DNA of 64,000 bases from Dehalococcoidia bacterium (lineage in GTDB: Bacteria; Chloroflexota; Dehalococcoidia; SHYB01), in contig OZ242299.1 of the NCBI GenBank assembly GCA_965207995.1, positions 788,863 through 852,862 of the forward strand, read 5' to 3'. The notes beneath the pieces were generated by a model that did no database searches, was not told the DNA's origin, and saw only the letters and a program-made list of their open reading frames with translations. The position numbers were made by a program, and so were the translations under genes. Positions 47,893 through 56,886 of the stretch are shown here, piece after piece; position 1 is the stretch's first letter, and each line of letters opens with the position of its first letter.

Positions 47893-49041
47893 CTAAGCGT
47901 CCCTCGTCAGGAGCGTCGCCCCAGACACCGGCGCGAGGCAGGCGTAGAGCACGGCCCCGCAGTCGGCCACCTGGCGCTCGCCGCACTCGCCCCGGATCTG
48001 GCGGATGGCCTCGGCGTGGTGGTTCCACCCTTGCATGTACGCCTCGCTCATCATCCCGCCGCTGGTGTTCACCGGCAGCTCGCCGCCCCGGCGAATGCGC
48101 CCATCCTGCACCCAATCAAGCGCCTCGCCCCGCTTGCAGAACCCGAACCCTTCCAGCGCCCACAACACCGACACCGAGAAGTTGTCGTACACCTGCAGCG
48201 AATCGACGTCGGCCCGGTCGAGCCCCGAACGCTCGAAGATCTCGTCCGCCATGCCGGCGCAGGCCTCGGCCCACAGGTCTTCCGGCACGAAGTGCTCCCG
48301 AAGGGCCGCGCGCTCCGTGAAGGCAGCGATGCGCACCGGCGGCTTGCGCAGATCGCGGGCCCGCTCGAGCGTGGTCACGATGTAGCAGACCGCGCCATCG
48401 GTCACGAGGCAGTAGTCGAAGAGGCGGAGCGGCCGCGCCACGAACCGCGAGTCCAGATATGATTGCAGGTCGAGCGGGCTCTGCATCACCGCCTCCGAGT
48501 TCATCGAGGCGTGCTCGCGAATCGCCACCGAGACCTCGCCCAACCCGTCGGCCTTGCCGCCGAGTCCGTAGTCGGCGAGGTAGTGCTCATAGGCGAGCGC
48601 ATAGAAGGCGCCCGGAGAGGTGAGTCCGAAGACGGGGTCGTACAGGTCGCCGCCGCCCTCGTTGCCGCCGAAATGCACCCGCACCGAGCGCATATTCGTG
48701 GCGTACACCAGCGCGACGTAGTCGGCCATGCCCGCCTGCACCGCCAGCGACGCGTGGGCCAGCGCCACCGCACACATCCGCCCGCTCATCGGATAGGGCG
48801 CAAGGAACCGCACGTCTCGCAGCCCGGCCCGGTACGCCAGCTTGGGATAGTCCACCGAGCTTGCAACTAGGCCGTCGATTTGCTCCGCGCGCAGGCCGGC
48901 GTCGTCGAGGGCCGCCCGCAGCGCGTCGACGCCAAGCTGTTCCGCCGTGCGTCCCGGGTCGGGGTTGCGATAAAGGTCATGGAAGTCAGTCGTACCGACT
49001 CCCACAATCGCCGTGTTGCCGAAAACGCTATCCCGCGCCAT
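47893..49041 (-). CDS. thiolase-like protein (SCP-x / non-specific lipid-transfer-type thiolase; BbsB-like)
   Basis: Start at MARDSVFGNTAIVGVGTT (cat 49039-49041). Thiolase fold with catalytic Cys region (…YPMSGRMCAVAL…) and C-terminal …NTSGGMMSEA…; the DUF35 + SCP-x-thiolase pairing is a known two-subunit thiolase arrangement. Confidence 0.8.
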   Translation of the reverse strand: MARDSVFGNTAIVGVGTTDFHDLYRNPDPGRTAEQLGVDALRAALDDAGLRAEQIDGLVASSVDYPKLAYRAGLRDVRFLAPYPMSGRMCAVALAHASLAVQAGMADYVALVYATNMRSVRVHFGGNEGGGDLYDPVFGLTSPGAFYALAYEHYLADYGLGGKADGLGEVSVAIREHASMNSEAVMQSPLDLQSYLDSRFVARPLRLFDYCLVTDGAVCYIVTTLERARDLRKPPVRIAAFTERAALREHFVPEDLWAEACAGMADEIFERSGLDRADVDSLQVYDNFSVSVLWALEGFGFCKRGEALDWVQDGRIRRGGELPVNTSGGMMSEAYMQGWNHHAEAIRQIRGECGERQVADCGAVLYACLAPVSGATLLTRDA

Positions 49042-49212
49042 TGCCCACACCTCTCGTGCGCGCTCGCGGCGCATCTTCCCACAGGCGCCGCGGGCAGCGC
49101 CACTCAACCCTTGTGTACACCGGCCACACCCATTGACAGGGAACGGCCCTCCGAGTACCGTTGCTTCGCTCCGGGCCCTTCATGTCCGGCCCGGAAATAA
49201 GGGAGGACTTCC

Positions 49213-51147
49213 ATGAGGCGAATCAAGTCTCGCTTACTCCTGTTGGCCAGCGCTCTCATCGTGACGGCGCTTGTCGCCGCCGCCTGCGGCGGAGATGATC
49301 CAACGGCGGCCCCGCCCGCCCCGGCGCCCACGAATACGCCGGTGCCAGCGACCACGGCTCCCGAGCCAACCGCGGCCCCCGAAGCGACGGCCATGCCAGA
49401 GGCGACGGCTATGCCCGAGGCGACCGCCATGCCCGAGCCGACGGCCATGCCCGAAGCAACGGCTATGCCCGAGGCGACCGCCATGCCTGAAGCAACGGCC
49501 ATGCCCGAGGCAACCGCGGCGCCCGAGCCGACGGCGGCTCCGCAGCCGACGTCCACGCCGAGGCCGACGCCGACGCCGACGCCGATTCCGGAGCCCGTCT
49601 TCGGCGGCGTCCCCGACCTGCCCAACGCACAGTATGGCGGGACGTTGATCCGGACCAACTCCGCGGAAGGCCCGACGTGGGACCCGCTGAAGGAACGCAC
49701 GCAGAACACCCAAGACCCCATTTCCCCGCTGTTCGATCAGCTCCTGATCAGTCATCCCAACGAGCAGAGTCAACTCGTACCGCAGATCGCGGACAACTGG
49801 GAGATTTCCGCCGACAACCTGACCTACACGTTCAGCATCCGCGACGACATCACCTTCCACAACGGCAGCGCCCTCAACGCTGCAGATGTCGCTTGGACGT
49901 TCGAATTACTGCGCAGCCCTCCGGAGGGCTACAGTCCCATCAACCGGGGTCTCGTCGGCTCCATCGCCAGGATCGATACCCCCGACGACCGCACTGTCGT
50001 CCTTAACTTGAGCGAGCCCGACAACGCCTTCCTCTACGCAATGGGAGGGCATGGACGCATGCACATCCTCGACCAAGAGACCGTCGAGGGGGCAGGCGGC
50101 ATCGCATCGCTCAGGGAGTGGCCGCCGATAGGCAGCGGCCCCTTCATGGGCGAGCGGGGTGGACACGATCAAGGCGTCGGCGTCGAGGTCGTGCGCAACC
50201 CCAACTACTACGTCGAGGGACGGCCGTTCGTTGACAGCATGCAGTGGTTCTTCATCCCCGACAGAGGGGCGCAGGAAGCGGCATTCCTAGCCGGCCAGCT
50301 CAGCATCCTGACCGTGAATACCGGCGCAGGGATCGACGAGATCAATTCCCGGCTCGCCGGCAGAGCGTTCATCCAAGAGGTAGCGGACACCGTCTTCTGG
50401 GATCTGAACCTCGACTTCCACAGCGAAGACTCGCCCTTCACCGACATTAAAGTGCGCGAGGCCGTTTCATTGGCCCTCAATAGGGCCGAGGCGATTGAGT
50501 TGATACGGCAGGGACGCGGCGTCTTGGGCGGCGTCATCATCCCCGGCACCGGCTGGGAAATCCCCACGTCCGAACTACTGCAGTACGCCGGCTACACGGA
50601 GACCGTTGACGAAGGCGTGGCCAAAGCGAAGGCACTGCTCGCCGAGGCCGGTTACCCGGACGGCTTCGAGTCCACCATCTGGACCCGGAACCATCCCGCC
50701 TACCTGACGCCCACCGTCGCCATGCAGGAGCAGCTCGAACGTATCGGCATCCGCGCCAACATCGTGCAGGCCGAGCAGGCGGTCTTCTTCGCCGAGCAGC
50801 GGAACCTCGACGTCTGGGACATGCAGAGCGGCGGCCACCGCTACACCGGGACCGACCCGAACTTCATGATCCGCGAGTTCTACCTCACCGACGCGACACG
50901 GAACCTCAACTTCTTCACCGACCCCGAGGTGGACCGCCTCTTCTCAGAGCAAAACCTGGAGGCCGACCCCGGTAAGCGCCGTGAGCTCGTCAACCGGATC
51001 GAGCACATCGTTGTGGGCTTCTACGGAAACCCGGTGCTCTACTACAACAAGGCGAACTACGCCATGTACAACTACGTCAAGAACCAGGCGTACCACGCCT
51101 CCTACGGGTCCAACCAGGACTTCAGGGACGTCTGGATCGAACGGTAG
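49213..51147 (+). CDS. ABC transporter substrate-binding lipoprotein, family 5 (peptide/nickel/opine type), with long Pro/Ala/Thr/Glu-rich linker
   Basis: Signal peptide with lipobox LVAAAC; SBP_bac_5 body from about aa 140; linker aa 51-110 is ten hexapeptide units (EPTAAP/EATAMP). Confidence 0.8.
   Translation: MRRIKSRLLLLASALIVTALVAAACGGDDPTAAPPAPAPTNTPVPATTAPEPTAAPEATAMPEATAMPEATAMPEPTAMPEATAMPEATAMPEATAMPEATAAPEPTAAPQPTSTPRPTPTPTPIPEPVFGGVPDLPNAQYGGTLIRTNSAEGPTWDPLKERTQNTQDPISPLFDQLLISHPNEQSQLVPQIADNWEISADNLTYTFSIRDDITFHNGSALNAADVAWTFELLRSPPEGYSPINRGLVGSIARIDTPDDRTVVLNLSEPDNAFLYAMGGHGRMHILDQETVEGAGGIASLREWPPIGSGPFMGERGGHDQGVGVEVVRNPNYYVEGRPFVDSMQWFFIPDRGAQEAAFLAGQLSILTVNTGAGIDEINSRLAGRAFIQEVADTVFWDLNLDFHSEDSPFTDIKVREAVSLALNRAEAIELIRQGRGVLGGVIIPGTGWEIPTSELLQYAGYTETVDEGVAKAKALLAEAGYPDGFESTIWTRNHPAYLTPTVAMQEQLERIGIRANIVQAEQAVFFAEQRNLDVWDMQSGGHRYTGTDPNFMIREFYLTDATRNLNFFTDPEVDRLFSEQNLEADPGKRRELVNRIEHIVVGFYGNPVLYYNKANYAMYNYVKNQAYHASYGSNQDFRDVWIER
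49363..49542 (+). repeat. in-frame 18-bp tandem repeat (about 10 units) encoding (E/P)ATA(M/A)P linker
   Basis: GAGGCGACGGCTATGCCC-type units read directly. Confidence 0.7.
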
Positions 51148-51242
51148 CGGCGGATAAGCGTAAGCCATTGAAGAGGGGCGGGCCGTGGCCCGCCCCTCTT
51201 GCGCTTCAGCGAGAGGGCGAATAGCCCAGTCAGTACGAAGCG

Positions 51243-52202
51243 ATGCAGCAGTACGTAGTCAGACGGCTCCTGGCGATCATCCCGCTCATGATCGGGGTGT
51301 CCATTGTCATCTTCTTCGTCATGCGAGTGCTTCCGGGGGACGTGGCGGCGGTGATTGCTTCAAGGGGCAGTCCCGACACCGCGCCCACGGAGCAGGAGAT
51401 AGAGGCGGTCCGCCTGGCTCTCAATCTTGACCGCAACATCTTCCTTCAGTACCTCGACTGGGTGTGGGACGCCCTCCGCTTCGACTTCGGCGACTCCTAC
51501 TTCACCGGCAACTCCGTACGCGATGACATCATCCGAAAGCTCCCCGTGACCATCGAGCTCGGCCTGCTGTCGATCCTTATCGCTTGGCTCATTGCCCTCC
51601 CCGTCGGCATCATATCGGCGGTTAAGCAGGACTCCGTCTGGGACTACGCGGGGAGAATCTTCAGTATCTCCGGTCTCGCCGTGCCCACGTTCTGGGCCGG
51701 CATTCTGACCATTCTGATCTTGTCCCGCTATTTCAGTTGGTTGCCCCCCTTGGGATACCGGGAGTTCTTCGAGGACCCCCGGGGCAACCTGCTCCAGCTT
51801 ATCTTCCCCGCGCTGGCACTCGGCTGGACGCTCTCCGCGACCGCGGCCCGGATGACCCGCTCCTCGATGCTCGAAGTGTTGCGGGAAGACTATATCCGGA
51901 CGGCGCGCTCGAAGGGCCTCAAGGAAGCAGTGGTCGTTATGCGGCACGCGTTGCGCAACGCGCTGATCCCCGTCATCACCCTCGCCGGCTTCATGATTTC
52001 TCTGGTTATCGGCGGCACGGTCATCATCGAGAGCATCTTCAGCCTGCCCGGAATGGGCCTCTACCTCGTCCAAGCCATCGGAATACGTGACTTCCCCATC
52101 ATCCAAGGCGTCGTGCTCCTCATCGCTTTCGCCTTCGCAATCGTGAACCTAGTCGTCGATCTCGCCTACGGCTTCATCGATCCTCGCATCCGCCAGTCCT
52201 GA
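51243..52202 (+). CDS. ABC transporter permease (DppB/OppB-like)
   Basis: 319 aa; 6 TM helices, EAA-like loop (…RTARSKGLKEAVVVMRHALRNA…). Confidence 0.85.
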   Translation: MQQYVVRRLLAIIPLMIGVSIVIFFVMRVLPGDVAAVIASRGSPDTAPTEQEIEAVRLALNLDRNIFLQYLDWVWDALRFDFGDSYFTGNSVRDDIIRKLPVTIELGLLSILIAWLIALPVGIISAVKQDSVWDYAGRIFSISGLAVPTFWAGILTILILSRYFSWLPPLGYREFFEDPRGNLLQLIFPALALGWTLSATAARMTRSSMLEVLREDYIRTARSKGLKEAVVVMRHALRNALIPVITLAGFMISLVIGGTVIIESIFSLPGMGLYLVQAIGIRDFPIIQGVVLLIAFAFAIVNLVVDLAYGFIDPRIRQS

Positions 52203-52212
52203 TACCAGCACC

Positions 52213-53148
52213 ATGGCCTCGAACGAAGTAGCGCTCGACCCAGACGCCGGCAAAGGGCCGGTCCAGTACTTGGCCAACGCGGCCGTCGCTCTCGGGCAGT
52301 TCTTCAAGCAGAAGCCCCTCGGCGCATTCGGCGCGCTCGTTCTATTGGTCATGTTCGTCCTCGCGATCTTCGCCGGTGTTATCAGTCAGTACGACCCCAC
52401 CGAGTTCAACAGGTACGTAGACGAGAGCGGCACAGATAGGAACGCCACATTCCAGCCCCCGGACGGCACGTTCTGGCTGGGCACCGACGAGTTTGGCCGC
52501 GACATTTTCAGCCGCATCGCCCACGGCTCCCGCATCTCCCTCCGCGTCGGATTCATATCGGTCTTGCTCGGTACGGCGGGGGGCGCGCTCTTCGGCATGA
52601 TCAGCGGCTATGTCGGGGGGCGCTTCGACATGGTCTCCCAGCGGGTCATGGACGCGCTGATGGCGCTGCCCGGCCTCATCCTCGCCCTGATGGTCATCGC
52701 CGCATTGGGCAGGGGGGAGTTTCCCGTCATCGTGGCCATCGCCCTCAACATCGGCCCCAACGCCAACCGGATCCTGCGGGCGCAGTGCCTGACGATCAAG
52801 GAGCGGCCCTACGTCGACGCCGCGCGCGCGTTGGGCGCCTCGAACGTTCGGATCATCCTGGGGCACATCCTGCCGAACTCGCTGGCGCCGTTCCTGATCA
52901 TCGCGACGGCGGGCTTGGGCGCGGCCATCCTCATCGAAGCCTCGCTGAGCTTCCTCGGCTTCGGTGTGCCACAGCCGGCGCCGTCGTGGGGAGGGATGCT
53001 CACCGGAAACGCGCAGCAGTTCGCGATCGTCGCGCCGTGGCTCGCCATTGCCCCCGGCGTCGCCATCAGCCTCGCCGTCTTCGCCTTCAACGTCCTGGGC
53101 GACGCCCTCCGCGACGTCTGGGACCCGAGGCTCCGGGGCGCCTCCTAG
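52213..53148 (+). CDS. ABC transporter permease (DppC/OppC-like)
   Basis: 311 aa; N-terminal DppC-type extension and EAA loop (…YVDAARALGASNVRIILGHILPNS…). No ATP-binding subunit gene follows. Confidence 0.85.
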   Translation: MASNEVALDPDAGKGPVQYLANAAVALGQFFKQKPLGAFGALVLLVMFVLAIFAGVISQYDPTEFNRYVDESGTDRNATFQPPDGTFWLGTDEFGRDIFSRIAHGSRISLRVGFISVLLGTAGGALFGMISGYVGGRFDMVSQRVMDALMALPGLILALMVIAALGRGEFPVIVAIALNIGPNANRILRAQCLTIKERPYVDAARALGASNVRIILGHILPNSLAPFLIIATAGLGAAILIEASLSFLGFGVPQPAPSWGGMLTGNAQQFAIVAPWLAIAPGVAISLAVFAFNVLGDALRDVWDPRLRGAS

Positions 53149-53615
53149 GCGGCGCCCCCGGCGCTGCGCCGGTACATCTGCACCCAGTCGCCCTCGCACG
53201 CGACCTCGCCGCCCCGGCTCACGTTCAACGCCTCGAAGTGAAACGTCACGACGCCTCGGTCGCCGCGGCTCGTCTCGCGCTTGCCGGCGACCTCGATGCG
53301 GACGCCGACCGTATCGCCCGGGTAGACCGGCGACTTGAAGCGCAGCCCCTCGACGCCGAGAAAGCCCATGCTGTGCTCCGACGCGAGCCCCGCGGCGAAC
53401 ATGAGGCCGCTCACCACCGACACCGTCAGCATCCCGTGGGCTATGCGCCCGCCGAAGGGGCTGGCCTTGGCGTATTCCTCATCGACGTGCAGGGGGTGGT
53501 AGTCGCCCGACACGCCGGCGAAGTTGACCAAATCGGCCTCCGTGATGGTGCGCGCCGGCGCGGGGATGATTTCACCCACCATGTAGCCGTCGAAGTCCTT
53601 GTCTCGTGCGTGCAT
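53145..53615 (-). CDS. MaoC-family dehydratase ((R)-specific enoyl-CoA hydratase, hotdog fold)
   Basis: 156 aa; …DYHPLHVDEEYAKASPFGGRIAHGM… hydratase-2 motif. Confidence 0.8.
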   Translation of the reverse strand: MHARDKDFDGYMVGEIIPAPARTITEADLVNFAGVSGDYHPLHVDEEYAKASPFGGRIAHGMLTVSVVSGLMFAAGLASEHSMGFLGVEGLRFKSPVYPGDTVGVRIEVAGKRETSRGDRGVVTFHFEALNVSRGGEVACEGDWVQMYRRSAGGAA

Positions 53616-53688
53616 CGGTTCGCCTCCCGAGCCGGACGCCTTGCTATAATCGGCCCCCGCCGCCCCGCGGCGCCGGAGGTGAAGCGTT

Positions 53689-55284
53689 ATGCGCTCCTAC
53701 CAGAATGAGGAGATGGTCCTCGGCGGCGTGTTGCGCGAGCAGGCGGCAACGAGGCCGCACCGCATCTTCCTCCGGTTTGACGGCGCCGATCTGACCTTCC
53801 ACGAGTGTAACCAGATGGTCAATCGCGTCACCCACGGCCTCGCGGCACTCGGCGTGGGGCAGGGCGACAAGGTCGCCATCATGCTGCCGAACTGTCCCGA
53901 GTTCCTCTACCTCACCTTCGCGCTGGCCAAGCTGGGAGCCGTCTCCGTCCCCATCAACACCGCCTACAAGGGCGACCTGCTGGAGCACATCATCGTCTCG
54001 TCCGACTCGGCCTTCCTCGTCATCGAGGAGGAGTGGGTCGAACGGGCGGCAGCGGTCCCGCGCGCACTCGAACAGTTGCGGGCGATCGTCGTTCGGGCGC
54101 CCGGAGGAACGGCGCCGTCCATGGCCGGTGCCCGCACCGTCGGTTTTGACTCTTTAGTGAGCAGCGACACCGCCGAGCCCGGCATTGAGGTCGGCCACGG
54201 CGACCTCCAGGCGATCATGTACACCTCGGGGACGACGGGCGCATCGAAGGGCGTCATGGTCTCGCACGCCCACGCCATGACCTGCGGCCTCGATTGGCTG
54301 AAGTACACCGCATTCGAGGAAGACGAGGTGGTGTACTGCCCGCTGCCGCTCTTCCACGGCGTGGGGCTGTGGTGCGGCGTCATGGCGGTCCTCCTCAGCG
54401 GTTCGACCATCTGCATCGTCGACCGCTTCAGCGCCTCCTCGTTCTGGAGCGACGTACGCCGCTTCCAGGCCAATGTCTCGCTCGGCATCTTCTCCATGAT
54501 CCCGATCCTCCTGAACCAGCCTCCGAGGCCCGACGACAAAGACCACACCCTTCGCGCCTTCTACCTCGGCCAATCGGCCATGGACGCGCCGCTGCACGAG
54601 CGGTTCGGCGTGCGTTCCGTCGAGATCTACGGCAGCACCGAGCTCGGCATCGGGACGGGCAGCCCCTACGGCGCTTGGCGGCCCGGCTCGTGCGGGCAGG
54701 TCAACACCGACAGCTACGAGATCCGCATCGTCGATGAATGGGACCGCGAGACGCCCCCCGGCGTCCCCGGCGAGATCGTCGCCCGACCCGTCAAGCCGTT
54801 CGTGATGACCACCGGCTACTACAACTTCGCCGCCGAGACCGTCGCCGCCTTCCGCAATCTCTGGTTCCACACCGGCGACCGCGCCTATCGCGACGAGGAC
54901 GGCTACATCTTCTTCGTCGACCGGGTCAAGGACGCCATGCGCCGCCGCGGGGAGAACATCTCCTCATTCGAGGTCGAGCGCGGCGTCAACGCCCACCCCG
55001 CCGTTCTCGAGTCCGCCGCGATCGCCGTGCCGTCCGAGCTCGGCGAGGACGACGTCAAGATCTGCGTCGTCCTGCATCCGGGTGAGCAGCTAGCCCCCGA
55101 AGAGCTCCTCGCCTTCTGCGAGGAGCGCATGGCCTACTTCATGGTGCCGCGCTACGTCGAGTTCATCGACGCGCTGCCCAAGACGCCGACGGAGAAGGTC
55201 GAGAAGTACAAGCTCCGCAACGAGGGCGTCACACCGGCAACCTGGGACCGCGAGCAGGTCGGCTACAAGGTCAAGCGCGGCTGA
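53689..55284 (+). CDS. AMP-dependent acyl-CoA synthetase/ligase
   Basis: 531 aa; AMP-binding signature YTSGTTGASKGV, motif YGSTE and C-terminal lid domain. Confidence 0.85.
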   Translation: MRSYQNEEMVLGGVLREQAATRPHRIFLRFDGADLTFHECNQMVNRVTHGLAALGVGQGDKVAIMLPNCPEFLYLTFALAKLGAVSVPINTAYKGDLLEHIIVSSDSAFLVIEEEWVERAAAVPRALEQLRAIVVRAPGGTAPSMAGARTVGFDSLVSSDTAEPGIEVGHGDLQAIMYTSGTTGASKGVMVSHAHAMTCGLDWLKYTAFEEDEVVYCPLPLFHGVGLWCGVMAVLLSGSTICIVDRFSASSFWSDVRRFQANVSLGIFSMIPILLNQPPRPDDKDHTLRAFYLGQSAMDAPLHERFGVRSVEIYGSTELGIGTGSPYGAWRPGSCGQVNTDSYEIRIVDEWDRETPPGVPGEIVARPVKPFVMTTGYYNFAAETVAAFRNLWFHTGDRAYRDEDGYIFFVDRVKDAMRRRGENISSFEVERGVNAHPAVLESAAIAVPSELGEDDVKICVVLHPGEQLAPEELLAFCEERMAYFMVPRYVEFIDALPKTPTEKVEKYKLRNEGVTPATWDREQVGYKVKRG

Positions 55285-55320
55285 TCCGAGCCCCCTGTCC
55301 GCAGTCGTCTGTGCAGTCTG

Positions 55321-56427
55321 CTAGTCCATGTGGTAGAGCCGCATCGCGTTGCCCGCGAGAATCTGCTGCTTCTCGTCGGCGGGAATGCCCTCGAACGCGC
55401 GGTCGAGCACCGCCCATGTATTCGGCCAATCGGTAGCGGTGTGGGGATAGTCGCTCGACCACAGGATCTTGTCGAGGCCGATCGCGTGCCGAAGCTGCAG
55501 CGCCGACTGATCAGTGATGTAGGTGTAGAAGAGGTTGTGCTCGAAATAGTGGCTTGGCGGGTGCTTCGTCTTGACGTACGGAATCTGCAAGTCGCGCAGG
55601 TGACGCTTCTCCATCTGCTCCACGACGTAGGGCACCCAGCCGCAATCAACCTCCGCGAAGAGGAACTTCAGCTTGGGGAAGCGGTCGAACACCTCGGCAT
55701 AGATCAGCTCGTTCATCCGGTCCGGCACGCTGGTGAACCGGAAGGAGTTCTGCGCTCGTGTCGTGCTGTGATGGCCGACGGGTTCAGTCACGAGCGCGAC
55801 ATGGATGGCGATTGGGATGTCGGCCTCCTGCGCCACCGCCCAGAAGGGGTCGTCCGCGGGGGAGACGGGGTCTCCACCCGAGGGATAGCCGCCGATGACG
55901 ATCCCTCGGATTCCCGGCAGCGAGAGGGCGCGGTGGAACTCCGCGATCGCCTCCTCGGCCCCGCAACAGGGGATCATCGCCAGGCCGAAGAAACGGTCCG
56001 GGGCATGGCTGCAATACTCGGACAGCCAATCGTTATAGGCGCGGATCAGGGCGGTCTGGAGTTCGGCGTCCCCGCGGTTCCACCAGATGCCGTTCGAGAG
56101 CCGTGGCGTGGGGAACATCACCTCCGCGTCGACGCCGTCGATGTCGATCTCCCTGATCCGCTCCGCCGGGTCAAAGCCGCCCCGCCGCACGTTCGCCCAC
56201 TTGACCCACGGCGATCGCTTGTCGGCGGGATCGGTGGCGCACTGGTTGAGCCCGAAGTGGACCGGGTCGGCGGCGCCTTCGATCACCCAGGCGTCGCCCT
56301 TTTCGAACCGCTCCATGCGAGGGGCGCGGTCGGCGAACTTCGCGGGCACGCGGTCCCGCCACAGTTCCGGCGGCTCGTTCACGTGGGAGTCGCCGGAAAT
56401 CAGCTTGTACTCGATCCGCTTTGCCAT
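55321..56427 (-). CDS. amidohydrolase_2 family protein (LigW/ACMSD-like decarboxylase/hydrolase), paralog 1
   Basis: 368 aa; ISGDSHVNEPP N-terminal metal motif, internal …IAIHV… and C-terminal SSDYPHT. Confidence 0.8.
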   Translation of the reverse strand: MAKRIEYKLISGDSHVNEPPELWRDRVPAKFADRAPRMERFEKGDAWVIEGAADPVHFGLNQCATDPADKRSPWVKWANVRRGGFDPAERIREIDIDGVDAEVMFPTPRLSNGIWWNRGDAELQTALIRAYNDWLSEYCSHAPDRFFGLAMIPCCGAEEAIAEFHRALSLPGIRGIVIGGYPSGGDPVSPADDPFWAVAQEADIPIAIHVALVTEPVGHHSTTRAQNSFRFTSVPDRMNELIYAEVFDRFPKLKFLFAEVDCGWVPYVVEQMEKRHLRDLQIPYVKTKHPPSHYFEHNLFYTYITDQSALQLRHAIGLDKILWSSDYPHTATDWPNTWAVLDRAFEGIPADEKQQILAGNAMRLYHMD

Positions 56428-56476
56428 AGCTGAGGCGAGCCCTATTGGGGCAATTGAGGGGCGCTGACCCTCAACA

Positions 56477-56854
56477 CTATTTGGGCCGGTCCTCCGGCTT
56501 CATCACACCCTTGGGCGGACGATCCCGAATGGTCAGGAACTCGGCCCCCTCCGGCCCAGCGACGAGCGGCCCGTAGACCGTGCCCTCATCGATGGCGAGC
56601 GCCGTTCCGGGCTTGTAGACCTCGCCGCCAACCGTCAACTCGCCGGCGGTGACGTAGAGAATTTCGTTGCAGGGATGCCAGTGCGCCGGGACCTCCATGC
56701 CGGGGTCGTAGCGCGCCTTGCCGAAGAAGGGGCCGGTATCCTCGAAGGCCGCGATGGGATAGCGAGAGCGCGTCCGCAACTCCACGCCGTCCTTCTCGAA
56801 CCGGCTGCCGCTCTTCCAGGGCAATTCGTCTTCGATAATCACGCGTACCGCCAT
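56477..56854 (-). CDS. cupin domain protein
   Basis: 125 aa; cupin motifs (…MEVPAHWHPCNEILYVTAGEL…GTALAIDEGTVYGP…). Confidence 0.7.
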   Translation of the reverse strand: MAVRVIIEDELPWKSGSRFEKDGVELRTRSRYPIAAFEDTGPFFGKARYDPGMEVPAHWHPCNEILYVTAGELTVGGEVYKPGTALAIDEGTVYGPLVAGPEGAEFLTIRDRPPKGVMKPEDRPK

Positions 56855-56886
56855 GCCGCACCTCCGTTGAAGTCTTCGCTACTCCG

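Noticed and set aside
49363-49542. 18-bp tandem repeats considered as a non-coding satellite
   Set aside because: They are in frame within the substrate-binding lipoprotein and encode a Pro/Ala/Thr linker.
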